Shown here: positions 1 to 10,062 of the stretch, one piece after another
How the letters are laid out: the number at the start of each line of letters is the position of its first letter
Numbering within the stretch: position 1 is the stretch's first letter
NCBI GenBank assembly: GCA_049970495.1
Contig: JBMFMV010000025.1
Span: forward strand, 1-22,949
Length of the DNA stretch: 22,949 bases
Direction: 5' to 3'
Source: a bacterium
Lineage (GTDB): Bacteria > DUMJ01
Notes under the pieces: generated by a model
What the model saw: the letters and a program-made list of their open reading frames with translations, nothing else
What the model was told of the DNA's origin: nothing
Databases searched by the model: none
Position numbers and translations under genes: made by a program

Positions 1-548
1 GCCTTTGTCACCGATATCACCCCTGGAAGACTCATCTTAATTACCTCTGTTCCCTCTTCTGTCTCCCTTTCTAGGATAATATACCCCTCATTAATCTCTA
101 ATATCTTACTTATATATGTAACTATTGGTAAGGCTAACTGTCCTGCTAGACTTGGACCTACCTGCCCTGTCTCTCCGTCTGTTGCTCTCTCTCCTGTTAT
201 TATTAATGAGAAATGATTAAGCCTTTTTATAAGTGTGGCTATCGTATAAGAAGTAGCCCAGGTATCTGCACCTGCAAATGCCTTGTCAGATAGTAAAATT
301 CCTTCATCACATCCCATAGCGATAGCTTCTTTCAAAACTTCTTCAGCCTTTAGTGGACCCATGGAGATGGCAGTGATACGGATATCTCCTTTATACATCT
401 CTTTTATCTCTAGAGCGGTCTCTATTGCATAGAGGTCTAGCGGATTAATTACAGCCTCTACCTCTTCTCTTTTCATAGTGCCTGTAGCCTCATCTATCTT
501 CACCTTATCTGTAGCTGGTACCTGTTTTACCAAGACATATATATTCAT
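1..548 (-). CDS. etfB: Electron transfer flavoprotein beta subunit (EtfB/FixA); 3' end lies outside the window
   Basis: Not in the ORF track; translated by hand from ATG at 548: MNIYVLVKQVPATDKVKIDEATGTMKREEVEAVINPLDLYAIETAL...SMGP...AIAMGCD...FAGADTWATSY...GERATDGETGQVGP. These are typical EtfB motifs. An AGGAGAGG RBS lies upstream. Confidence 0.95.
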   Translation of the reverse strand, partial: MNIYVLVKQVPATDKVKIDEATGTMKREEVEAVINPLDLYAIETALEIKEMYKGDIRITAISMGPLKAEEVLKEAIAMGCDEGILLSDKAFAGADTWATSYTIATLIKRLNHFSLIITGERATDGETGQVGPSLAGQLALPIVTYISKILEINEGYIILERETEEGTEVIKMSLPGVISVTK

Positions 549-589
549 CTATTTAAGACCTCTCCTAACAATTTTATTTAGCTAAAAGC

Positions 590-598
590 ATTTTATCA
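590..598 (-). promoter_or_regulatory. Extended -10 promoter (TGA-TAAAAT) for etfB
   Basis: Minus-strand TGATAAAAT about 40 nt upstream of the etfB start. Confidence 0.5.
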
Positions 599-629
599 GT
601 TAGGGGCTGTTTTGTAAATTGTTTTTATG

Positions 630-635
630 TATAAT
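630..635 (+). promoter_or_regulatory. -10 box for the radical SAM gene (probably leaderless)
   Basis: Perfect TATAAT with 7 nt separating it from ATG 643; no Shine-Dalgarno in between. Confidence 0.5.
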
Positions 636-642
636 ATTTCTG

Positions 643-1914
643 ATGAGAAAAGATTGTGCATTGGTTCTATTTTATACTAGAGGCAATAGGTATAGTTTCA
701 ATGTCTTGCTTGGAGCTATAGAGAGTACTCCACTTATCGAAGTTCTAGAGATATACTTTGCAGAAGACCAGGTAGAATTGTTGCAAACTCTAGAGGAGAT
801 TATAGAAGGTTTTAGAAAGATTGTCTTAGCTTTTTCTTTTTTGACTCCTCAACTCTGGGATATTCAAGAAATAATTAAATCTATAAAAGATAAATATGGT
901 AACAGAATATTGGCTATAGCAGGTGGTCCGCATCCGACAGGAGACCCTATTGGTACATTGAAGATGGGTTTTGATCTTGTTATTAGAGGGGAAGGGGAAG
1001 AGACACTATTGGAACTCCTAGATAAGATTATTAAAGATGAGGATTATTTCAGTATAAAAGGTATCTCTTTCTTAGATAGAAATGATAAACCCTATTTTAC
1101 AGGACATAGGGAACCAGTTAATCTTGATAGATATATGCCTTTTTCTCTTAGATTCGAAAAATTTAATCCAATAGAGATTTCAAGAGGTTGTCCTTTTGGT
1201 TGTTACTTTTGTCAGACCCCAAGAATATTTGGTATGGTTCCTAGGCATAGAAGTTTAGAAAAGATATTTGAGTGTCTCAAGATTATGAGGGATAAAAAAC
1301 TTACTGATGTGAGGTTTATTGCGCCTTCTATCTTTTCATATGGCTCCCAGGATGGGAGGACTTTAAATCTAGGGCTTCTTGAGACGCTTTTTAAAGGGAT
1401 AAGAGAGATTATCGGTTCTAGTGGAAGGATCTTTATAGGAACCTTTCCTTCCGAGATTAGACCCGAGCAGGTAAAAGAAGAGACACTTGAACTCATACTT
1501 AGATATGGTAACAATCGAAATATAACTATTGGGGCTCAATCTGGGAGTGATAGAATTTTAGAGCTTATGCATAGGGGACATACTGTATCTGATGTGTATA
1601 ATGCAGTATCTATTGCTAAGAAATTAGGTTTTACTGTTAATGTGGACTTTATATTTGGATTACCATTTGAGACAGAAAGAGATGTTGAGGAAACAGTAAA
1701 GGTTATAGAAGATCTTGCGAGTAAAGGGGCGAAGATTCATGCGCATACCTTTTTACCATTACCACAGACTCCCCTGTCTAAATTTAAACCAAATCCGATA
1801 TCTCCTAAATATAAAAAGACTATCAATAGGCTTTTACCTAGAGGAATAGTCTTTGGCTACTGGAGAGAACAGGAAGCCCTTGCCAAGAGAATATTTATTT
1901 TGAAGACCGATTAG
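643..1914 (+). CDS. B12-binding domain / radical SAM protein (resembles TIGR04013, MJ_1487 family)
   Basis: CxxxCxxC (CPFGCYFC); N-terminal cobalamin-binding-like domain (GGPHPT...GEGEET); GTFPSEIRPE, GAQSGS and HTFLPLPQTP motifs. ATG 643 is preferred over the ORF-track TTG 619, which lies upstream of the -10 box. Confidence 0.88.
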   Translation: MRKDCALVLFYTRGNRYSFNVLLGAIESTPLIEVLEIYFAEDQVELLQTLEEIIEGFRKIVLAFSFLTPQLWDIQEIIKSIKDKYGNRILAIAGGPHPTGDPIGTLKMGFDLVIRGEGEETLLELLDKIIKDEDYFSIKGISFLDRNDKPYFTGHREPVNLDRYMPFSLRFEKFNPIEISRGCPFGCYFCQTPRIFGMVPRHRSLEKIFECLKIMRDKKLTDVRFIAPSIFSYGSQDGRTLNLGLLETLFKGIREIIGSSGRIFIGTFPSEIRPEQVKEETLELILRYGNNRNITIGAQSGSDRILELMHRGHTVSDVYNAVSIAKKLGFTVNVDFIFGLPFETERDVEETVKVIEDLASKGAKIHAHTFLPLPQTPLSKFKPNPISPKYKKTINRLLPRGIVFGYWREQEALAKRIFILKTD

Positions 1915-1923
1915 GGATTTAAT

Positions 1924-2958
1924 CTAGCTTCTTAATAGACCTATCTCGGTATTGTAAAGTTTACTTAGCTTTTTAACTTCCTCTTCTATCTCCTTTTTTA
2001 AGGATTCTGGTTCTAAAACTTTACAATGTGAACCATAACTCATAACCCATCTTTTTATCTCTTCTATGTTGCCCTCTATGGTTAAGACTATTTCACCATT
2101 TTCTAATTCTTCTATCTCTTGACTCTCATGCCATATCCTCTCTTTTATCCATCTGGCTTGATAAGAGTCAAACCATATCCTTATCTTTTGAGTATCACCC
2201 TTATAAATCCTGAATGCCCGATTTAAGTAATCTTTCAGGTTAAAATCCTTCTGAAACTCGAATTTCTCATTAAGAATCTTTATACTGGTGATTCTATCAA
2301 GTGCAAAGTCTCTGATCTCTTTTCTTAAGTGACAGTATCCGCAGAAATACCATACTCCCTGAAAGTTGTATATATGGTAGGGATCAATCTTTCTCTCTTT
2401 TGTCTCATTGGAGCTTAATGAATGATATCTAACAAGGACCCTATATTTTTCTCTTATTGCTTTGAATATCTTATCGAAGATATCGCTTATATCAGTTTTA
2501 AGCTTTATATAAGCCATATTCACTGAGAGTGCCATTTCTAATTCTTTTGGATTTATGGAGATTTTGTCTGAGAGCAGAAATTCTATCTTCTTTTCTAGAG
2601 ATGAGAGACTCTTTTCTAGAGGTGTTCCCTTGAATTGTTGAAGAAGATTGGTCGCTATTAGAAGGGAGATAACCTCTCCTCCACTCAAAGGAGGAAATGG
2701 AAATTCACATTTTTCTGCTAGATAATAACCTCCTCTTGCTCTGTCATATTCTATCGGTAGATTTAAGTCATATTTTAGAGTGGCGATATCTCTTTTTATG
2801 GTCCTTTTAGATACTTTGCCTACCTCAAATGAGATCTCTTCTAGTAATCTATCTAAACTGGGATAATTCAAATCCCTGATTTTTTGAAATATTTTAAATA
2901 TCCTTGTTAAGATAACCTTATTGTAGCCCCTATTAAAACTCCTCCCTTTTTCCTTCAA
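1924..2958 (-). CDS. WYL-domain transcriptional regulator (wHTH-WYL-WCX; PafB/DriD/BrxR-like architecture)
   Basis: HTH (VSKRTIKRDIATLK...YDRARGGYYL); WYL core (DPYHIYNFQGVWYFCGYCHLRKEIRDFALDRI); WCX tail (WHESQ...WVMSYGSHCKVLEPESL). TTG start with AAGGAG RBS. Confidence 0.93.
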   Translation of the reverse strand: MKEKGRSFNRGYNKVILTRIFKIFQKIRDLNYPSLDRLLEEISFEVGKVSKRTIKRDIATLKYDLNLPIEYDRARGGYYLAEKCEFPFPPLSGGEVISLLIATNLLQQFKGTPLEKSLSSLEKKIEFLLSDKISINPKELEMALSVNMAYIKLKTDISDIFDKIFKAIREKYRVLVRYHSLSSNETKERKIDPYHIYNFQGVWYFCGYCHLRKEIRDFALDRITSIKILNEKFEFQKDFNLKDYLNRAFRIYKGDTQKIRIWFDSYQARWIKERIWHESQEIEELENGEIVLTIEGNIEEIKRWVMSYGSHCKVLEPESLKKEIEEEVKKLSKLYNTEIGLLRS

Positions 2959-2997
2959 CTCATTCTCCTTATCTTAGAGTTCATGCTAGTCATAAAT

Positions 2998-3006
2998 ATT
3001 TTATCA
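2998..3006 (-). promoter_or_regulatory. Extended -10 promoter (TGA-TAAAAT) for the WYL gene
   Basis: Minus-strand TGTGATAAAAT about 40 nt upstream of the start; no recognisable -35. Confidence 0.55.
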
Positions 3007-3025
3007 CAAAATTTCTGTTTTGAGT

Positions 3026-3044
3026 TTAGGAGCATCTATCCTAA
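3026..3044. promoter_or_regulatory. Inverted repeat TTAGGA-N7-TCCTAA, candidate WYL operator
   Basis: Perfect 6-bp arms located between the two divergent promoters; the function is inferred. Confidence 0.4.
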
Positions 3045-3049
3045 TTTTC

Positions 3050-3079
3050 TTGAAAAAGGGGTCTCTTTTTGATTAAAAT
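3050..3079 (+). promoter_or_regulatory. Sigma70-type promoter for the small membrane protein gene
   Basis: TTGAAA (3050-3055), 18-nt spacer, TAAAAT (3074-3079); AGGAGG RBS at 3103-3108. Confidence 0.55.
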
Positions 3080-3112
3080 TATAACAAAGTATAGTCCCAA
3101 CTAGGAGGAATT

Positions 3113-3463
3113 TTGAGAATAATACATGTTATAATTATATTCTTCTTAATCTTTTTATTAGCTATTGAACCTGCTTATGCCAATACCAAAATTAAAAAAC
3201 TATTTACCATTATCCCACAGGATAAGCAGCTACACTTTACTTGGGGTTTTGTTTTAACTACTACAATCACCGCTCTAACAGGCTCTTTTATAATAGGAAT
3301 GACAATAGTTATACTCCTAGAATTTTCTAAAGAATATCTAATAGATGACTTCCCAGACTGGGAGGATATTACCTATACAGTTATAGGCAGCCTCTTTGGA
3401 TATCTAATCTCAAGTACGCTTATAAATATCGGAAGATTAAAGGTTAATAGTAGCATCTACTAG
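3113..3463 (+). CDS. Small exported/membrane protein with a DKxxH...KE..D...DxxD motif (YfiM/VanZ-like)
   Basis: TTG start with strong AGGAGG; signal peptide ending A-Y-A; about 3 hydrophobic segments; QDKQLHF, SKEYLIDD and DWEDITYTVIG motifs. Confidence 0.7.
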   Translation: MRIIHVIIIFFLIFLLAIEPAYANTKIKKLFTIIPQDKQLHFTWGFVLTTTITALTGSFIIGMTIVILLEFSKEYLIDDFPDWEDITYTVIGSLFGYLISSTLINIGRLKVNSSIY

Positions 3464-4518
3464 AGCCATCCATATTCATAACCAGTTTCATACATTGCCA
3501 CTATATTCTCTGGTGGACTTATTGATTGTATATTGTGACAGGGAGCTATTATGTATTTACCATCATAGCCTAATATCTCTATATTCTCTATTACCTCTTT
3601 CTTTACCTCCTCTACAGAACCAAACGCAAGCGTATATTGGTTGTCTACTCCTCCATGGAATACTAACCTATCTCCAAAATCCCTCTTTAGCTCTCTCCTA
3701 TCCATTCCTTTACATCGCCACTGTATAGGGTTTAATATATCTATCCCAATCTCTATAAGGTCTGGGATTATTTTTCTTATGGCTCCATCATTGTGATGGA
3801 ATGCATATACTCCAGCTTGATGGGCTAAATCTATCATTCTTTTCATCCTAGGTAATAAAAATTTTCTTATATGTTCTGGGGATATCATAAGGTCTGTCTC
3901 TCCACCCATATCTTCTGCTATGTAGGAAAATGTTACCTTCCCTGGAATCTGCTCATATATTCTTATCGTATTCTCATAGCAAAAGTCAAATAGCTTATCT
4001 AAACAGTATTCAACGATATCTGGATATAATATAAGGTCTATAAATGCTTGTTCCTGACCTCTAAGATTTTTATATATTAAAAAGGGCTCTGATCCACCAC
4101 CTTGGACAGGATAATCTTCTTTCCCCTTTATCTGTTCTGGAATTACGCTATAGTCAAACCAGTCTACACTGGGCCATACGTAGTTTTTCTCTATCTCTTC
4201 CACCGTTTTGTATTGGGCTAGTGGATTATATATACACTCTGAATAAACACCGGTACCATAATCTACCTCTCTATACTTACATCCATACATATCTGTATGT
4301 GGTTCTAGCTTTGGTCCTATATATCTAGGAGCTACCCCTACTGGTCTGTCTATATGGAGTTTATTATAGAGTTCTTCTATAGTAGAACAACCCAAATATT
4401 TCATTAGATTTGTAGTTGTCTCTTGAGTTGCCCAATAGTCCATAGGCAATCTATCTGGTTTTTCTCCTCTTAATACTGCTAGCCATCTCTCTTTTGGAGT
4501 CATGGATTCTTTTCTCAT
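3460..4518 (-). CDS. Uroporphyrinogen decarboxylase / MtaA-CmuA methyltransferase superfamily protein (not canonical HemE)
   Basis: MTPKERWLAVLRGEKPDRLP N-terminus; AEDMG, HHNDG, LNPIQ, FHGGVDNQ and APCHNIQ...PPENIVAM motifs; lacks the HemE RQAGR motif. Confidence 0.85.
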   Translation of the reverse strand: MRKESMTPKERWLAVLRGEKPDRLPMDYWATQETTTNLMKYLGCSTIEELYNKLHIDRPVGVAPRYIGPKLEPHTDMYGCKYREVDYGTGVYSECIYNPLAQYKTVEEIEKNYVWPSVDWFDYSVIPEQIKGKEDYPVQGGGSEPFLIYKNLRGQEQAFIDLILYPDIVEYCLDKLFDFCYENTIRIYEQIPGKVTFSYIAEDMGGETDLMISPEHIRKFLLPRMKRMIDLAHQAGVYAFHHNDGAIRKIIPDLIEIGIDILNPIQWRCKGMDRRELKRDFGDRLVFHGGVDNQYTLAFGSVEEVKKEVIENIEILGYDGKYIIAPCHNIQSISPPENIVAMYETGYEYGWL

Positions 4519-4553
4519 GCTATTCTCCTTTCCTTTTCGATTCTTTTTAGACT

Positions 4554-4562
4554 ATTTTAGCA
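4554..4562 (-). promoter_or_regulatory. Extended -10 promoter (TGC-TAAAAT) for the UROD-like gene
   Basis: Minus-strand TGTGCTAAAAT about 35 nt upstream of the start; AAGGAG RBS present. Confidence 0.5.
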
Positions 4563-4618
4563 CAACTATATTTTGTCGTATAATATTTTTTGTATTTAAT
4601 TCTGAGTTTAGAGGATCT

Positions 4619-4647
4619 TTGACTATTTTAATAAAAATTATTATAAT
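4619..4647 (+). promoter_or_regulatory. Sigma70-type promoter of the metY-metX-metW operon
   Basis: TTGACT (4619-4624), 17-nt spacer, TATAAT (4642-4647); AGGAGG RBS before ATG 4681. Confidence 0.7.
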
Positions 4648-4659
4648 TATAGCTACTAA

Positions 4660-5961
<1,302 letters not shown>

Positions 5962-5963
5962 AG

Positions 5964-7097
5964 ATGGAAGAAGTCTACTATGTAGAGACACAGTATTATA
6001 CATTTGCTTATCCACCAAATGAGTTAAAATTGGAGAGTGGAGAAAAGTTGGGTCCTATCACCCTTGCCTACGAAACTTATGGAGAACTAAATAAAGACAA
6101 GACTAATGCTATATTGATACTGCATGCCCTCTCTGGAGACGCTCATGTAGCTGGATATCACAAAGGGGACAGGAAGCCTGGCTGGTGGGATAATATGGTT
6201 GGACCGGGAAAGGCGTTTGATACAAATAAGTATTTTGTCATATGCTCAAATGTTATTGGGGGATGTAAAGGCTCAACCGGACCTTCCTCTATAAATCCTG
6301 CTACAGGAAAACCGTATGGGCTTGATTTCCCAGTCATAACAATAAAGGATATGGTAAATGCTCAGAGGCACCTTATTGATTATCTAGGGATAGAAAAACT
6401 TCTATGTGTAGCTGGTGGATCTATGGGAGGTATGCAAGTTCTTCAATGGACAGTAAGTTATCCAGAGAGGGTGAGATCTGCTATTCCCATAGCTACTGCT
6501 AGTAGAAATAAGGCTATGCAGATTGCATTTAATGAAGTTGGAAGACAAGCAATAATGAGTGATCCAAATTGGAATAGAGGAGACTACTATGATAAGACTC
6601 CTCCTAATACTGGATTAGCTATTGCTCGTATGGTTGGTCATATAACATATTTAAGCGAAGAATCTATGGAACAGAAGTTTGGTAGAAGGTTGAGACAGAA
6701 AGAAAAGTATGGATATGACTTTTCTATTGACTTTGAAGTAGAGAGTTATCTCCATCATCAAGGGCTTAGTTTTACTCAGCGTTTTGATGCTAATAGTTAT
6801 TTGTATATTACAAAGGCTATAGACTACTTTGATTTGGCAGATGGGTATGGTTCTCTTTTCGAAGCTTTTAGTAATTCTACCCATATAAAGTTTCTGGTAA
6901 TATCGTTTACCTCCGATTGGCTCTATCCTCCTTCTCAATCTAAAGAGATAGTTAGGGCTTTAGAAGCGAATGGGATAGATGTTACGTATAGGGAGATAGA
7001 GTCTTCATATGGACATGATGCATTCCTCCTCGAGGCAGAAGAGCAGACTCGTATTATAAGTAGTTTTCTAAAGTATGTATATGAGGAGATAGAATGA
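5964..7097 (+). CDS. metX: Homoserine O-acetyltransferase
   Basis: [19 protein letters not shown], nucleophile motif [27 protein letters not shown]. Confidence 0.96.
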   Translation: MEEVYYVETQYYTFAYPPNELKLESGEKLGPITLAYETYGELNKDKTNAILILHALSGDAHVAGYHKGDRKPGWWDNMVGPGKAFDTNKYFVICSNVIGGCKGSTGPSSINPATGKPYGLDFPVITIKDMVNAQRHLIDYLGIEKLLCVAGGSMGGMQVLQWTVSYPERVRSAIPIATASRNKAMQIAFNEVGRQAIMSDPNWNRGDYYDKTPPNTGLAIARMVGHITYLSEESMEQKFGRRLRQKEKYGYDFSIDFEVESYLHHQGLSFTQRFDANSYLYITKAIDYFDLADGYGSLFEAFSNSTHIKFLVISFTSDWLYPPSQSKEIVRALEANGIDVTYREIESSYGHDAFLLEAEEQTRIISSFLKYVYEEIE

Positions 7098-7681
7098 GAA
7101 GAGATTACGAGATTATAAGAAATCTTATAGCTGAAAATTCTAAAGTCCTAGACTTAGGATGTGGAAATGGTGAACTTTTGGCATATCTAAAAAAAGAGAA
7201 AAATATAAAGGGTAAAGGGATAGAGATAAATGGTCAGAGGGTTTCCGAAAGTATAGCTAGGGGCATTACAGTCTATCAAGGGGATATGGAGGAGGTTCTT
7301 CCTGAGTATCCTGACAAGGCTTATGACTACATTATAATAAGTCAGACGCTTCAAGAGGTTAGAAATCCTGAACTGGTACTTACCCATTCTCTAAGGGTGG
7401 CTAGATTTGTCATAGTAAGCTTTCCAAACTTTGGACATTGGAGGGTAAGGTTTTATATCCTCTGTAGAGGAAGGATTCCTTCCTCTATAGGAGGATTTAA
7501 CTATACTTGGTATGAGACTCCCGATGTCCATCCGTTGAGTATAAGAGACTTTGAGGATTACTGTAAAATCAAAAATATTAGGATAGTTAGGGCATACTAT
7601 TTAGCCAAAGATAAGGAAGTAAGAGTAAGTCCTAACTTTTTTGCTACTCTAGGTATTTATATGATAACCCACTCTCAATGA
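7094..7681 (+). CDS. metW: Methionine biosynthesis protein MetW (SAM-binding)
   Basis: [39 protein letters not shown] overlap with metX. Confidence 0.93.
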   Translation: MRRDYEIIRNLIAENSKVLDLGCGNGELLAYLKKEKNIKGKGIEINGQRVSESIARGITVYQGDMEEVLPEYPDKAYDYIIISQTLQEVRNPELVLTHSLRVARFVIVSFPNFGHWRVRFYILCRGRIPSSIGGFNYTWYETPDVHPLSIRDFEDYCKIKNIRIVRAYYLAKDKEVRVSPNFFATLGIYMITHSQ

Positions 7682-7785
7682 CTTTTCTCTGTTAGTTGTG
7701 AAGGGCATAGTCTCAAAAAAATAATCTTTTAGTAAGCATCAAATACTCTACGTAAGAAATCAAAGAGTCAATCTTTTTCATCTTA

Positions 7786-7815
7786 TTGACATGGGTAACT
7801 TAACTGTGATATTAT
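7786..7815 (+). promoter_or_regulatory. Promoter of the marR-ABC operon
   Basis: TTGACA (7786-7791), 18-nt spacer, extended -10 TGA-TATTAT (7807-7815). Confidence 0.7.
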
Positions 7816-7833
7816 TTAGATATCTAAATAATA
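7810..7833. promoter_or_regulatory. Perfect 24-bp palindrome, probable MarR operator O1
   Basis: TATTATTTAGATATCTAAATAATA equals its own reverse complement and covers the -10 box and likely transcription start. Confidence 0.8.
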
Positions 7834-7847
7834 GGGTGAGATGAAAC

Positions 7848-8300
7848 ATGTTTAATAAGGAAGAAGAGAGTCTACATCTATTATTATGGCAAGTTATAAG
7901 ACAGCACTTTATAAGGCACCATCACCTTCTAGGTAAGATTGGTCTTCATAAAGGGCAGCCTCCGATTTTAAGTATGCTCTGGGAAAAAGATGGTTTGACA
8001 CAGAAAGAGATTGCAGAGAAGTTGAGACTTAAGCCTTCTACTGTAACAGCTGTGTTAAAAAGGATGGAAAAGGCAGGGTTACTAAAGAGAGAGCCTGACC
8101 CCAAAGACATGCGTGTCTCTAGAGTTTATCTTACAAAAAAGGGTAGAGATTTAAAAAAGGATGTAGAAGAGATAATGAAAATGCTAGAAGAAGAGTGTTT
8201 TGCTGGCTTTACTCTTGAAGAAAAGGTCTTACTTAGGAGATTTTTTATCCAGATAAGAGATAATCTAAAGAAGGTAAACAATGGTGAGGAAATTTGTTAG
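7848..8300 (+). CDS. MarR family transcriptional regulator
   Basis: GLTQKEIAEKL...STVTAVLKRMEKAGLLKREPDPKDMRVSRVYLTKKG winged helix with the DxR motif. Confidence 0.95.
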   Translation: MFNKEEESLHLLLWQVIRQHFIRHHHLLGKIGLHKGQPPILSMLWEKDGLTQKEIAEKLRLKPSTVTAVLKRMEKAGLLKREPDPKDMRVSRVYLTKKGRDLKKDVEEIMKMLEEECFAGFTLEEKVLLRRFFIQIRDNLKKVNNGEEIC

Positions 8301-8315
8301 CTATCTAAATAATAG
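8291..8315. promoter_or_regulatory. Second copy of the palindrome, probable MarR operator O2
   Basis: AATTTGTTAGCTATCTAAATAATAG matches 7810-7834 at 21 of 25 positions; it overlaps the marR stop and sits just before the ABC gene RBS. Confidence 0.7.
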
Positions 8316-8325
8316 CTGGAGGTAG

Positions 8326-10062
8326 ATGATGAAAAAACTGTTGATTTATCTGAAACCTTATTGGAAGGTAGCTATTTTAGCTCCTATACTCATGATAATT
8401 GAAGTTATCTGTGACTTATCTCAGCCAACACTACTTGCTAGGATAGTTGACTATGGGATAGTAAAGGGAGACCTCTATTTTATCCTGAGGACTGGTCTAT
8501 TAATGGTTGGTATAGCCTTTATAGGGATGATAGGAGGAGTAGGATGTACTATTACTTCGACTATAGCTAGTCAAGGCTTTGGGACAGACTTAAGGGCTAG
8601 TGTATTTAAAAAGATTCAGTCTTTTTCTTTTTCAACTCTAGATAAGTTTAAGGCTTCTACCCTGATAACTCGACTTACTAATGACATAACTCAATTGCAG
8701 AACCTTGTAATGATGTCTTTGAGAATTGTTGTCAGAGCTCCGTTACTATTCTTAGGTGGCATTGTTATGATGATATCTATTAACTATAAACTTGCCTCTA
8801 TACTTGTTTTGGTTGTTCCTCTTTTGATATTTATTTTTATCCACTTAGTTAAAAGAAGTTTTCCTCTCTTTACTATAGTTCAACAGAAGATAGATAAGCT
8901 AAATTCGGTTATACTAGAAAATTTACTTGGAATTCGTGTTGTAAAGGCTTTTGTCAGAGAAGAGTTAGAGAGGTCTAGATTTAATGAGGCTAATGAAGAC
9001 TTAATGCGTGCATCATTGAACGCTTTTATGCTAATGATAACCTTTATGCCTCTTATGATGCTAATTATGAATCTGGGTGTTACAGCAGCCCTTTGGTTTG
9101 GAGGTTTATTGGTAGATAGGGGAGATATGCATGTAGGGCAGATAATGGCTTCAGTGAACTATATGACCCAAATTCTATTTTCTTTGATGATGATAGGAAA
9201 TATCTTCGTGTTTATAAGTAGGGCAAGTGCATCTGCTGATCGTGTAAATGAAATACTAGAAGCCGAGATAGATATAAAGAATTCTCCAAATGCAGATAAG
9301 ACCCCAATAACTGGTGGAGAGGTTGTATTTGAAAATGTATCTTTTAGTTATGATGGCTTTGGCGGAGAGCTGGTACTTAAGGATATATCATTCACTGCTT
9401 CACCAGGAGAGGTAGTTGCCATATTAGGGACTACCGGTTCAGGAAAATCCACTTTAGTTAATCTAATACCACGTCTATATGATGTCTCCTCTGGTAGAAT
9501 CCTTATAGACGGAAGGGATGTTAGAGAGATTGACCTAGATATATTAAGGTCTGCTATAAGTGCTGTCCCCCAAGAGACGATTCTCTTCTCTGGGACTATA
9601 AAGGAGAATATACTTTGGGGAAATGAATCTGCTACAGATGAGGAGATAATAGAGGCTGCTAAGATAGCACAGGCTCATGATTTTATAATGAGTTTTTCTG
9701 AGGGATATGATACTGTAATCGGACAGCGTGGAGTTGACCTTTCTGGTGGACAAAAACAGAGGATAGCCATAGCAAGGGCTATTATAAAGAAACCTACTAT
9801 ATTAATCTTGGATGACTGTACAAGTGCGGTAGACCTTGCTACTGAACAGCGTATCTTAAAGGGGCTAAGGGGACTCAAAAGATGTACAACCTTTATTATA
9901 GCCCAGCGTATAAGTACCATTATGAATGCTGATAAGATTTTGGTTCTCGATGATGGAGAACTTATAGCTCAGGGTAAACATGAAGAGTTATTACAGAGTT
10001 GTCCACTATATCAGGAGATATATAAATCACAGATAGGAGAGGAGGTATTGGTCGATGCCTAA
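8326..10062 (+). CDS. Heterodimeric ABC exporter subunit A (TM287-like, degenerate Walker B and switch)
   Basis: TMD plus NBD; Walker [15 protein letters not shown]; Walker B ILILDD (E to D); switch IIAQR (H to Q). The start may be 8329. Confidence 0.93.
   Translation: MMKKLLIYLKPYWKVAILAPILMIIEVICDLSQPTLLARIVDYGIVKGDLYFILRTGLLMVGIAFIGMIGGVGCTITSTIASQGFGTDLRASVFKKIQSFSFSTLDKFKASTLITRLTNDITQLQNLVMMSLRIVVRAPLLFLGGIVMMISINYKLASILVLVVPLLIFIFIHLVKRSFPLFTIVQQKIDKLNSVILENLLGIRVVKAFVREELERSRFNEANEDLMRASLNAFMLMITFMPLMMLIMNLGVTAALWFGGLLVDRGDMHVGQIMASVNYMTQILFSLMMIGNIFVFISRASASADRVNEILEAEIDIKNSPNADKTPITGGEVVFENVSFSYDGFGGELVLKDISFTASPGEVVAILGTTGSGKSTLVNLIPRLYDVSSGRILIDGRDVREIDLDILRSAISAVPQETILFSGTIKENILWGNESATDEEIIEAAKIAQAHDFIMSFSEGYDTVIGQRGVDLSGGQKQRIAIARAIIKKPTILILDDCTSAVDLATEQRILKGLRGLKRCTTFIIAQRISTIMNADKILVLDDGELIAQGKHEELLQSCPLYQEIYKSQIGEEVLVDA

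Noticed and set aside
1924..3112. CRISPR or defence locus expected next to the WYL gene
   Set aside because: No direct-repeat array, cas, RM or toxin gene is present, and all intergenic gaps in the window are too short for an array.
3460..4518. Annotation as hemE
   Set aside because: It lacks the RQAGR motif and has no tetrapyrrole gene context.
4562..4581. ACAAC-N8-GTCGT(AT), resembling a DriD-type half site, between the UROD-like gene and metY
   Set aside because: The symmetry is imperfect, it differs from the repeat beside the WYL gene, and it overlaps a TATAAT box; chance is the likelier explanation.
7841..7855. Mini-ORF MKHV overlapping the marR start
   Set aside because: Its ATG directly abuts the SD, whereas ATG 7848 is correctly spaced; nothing supports a leader peptide.
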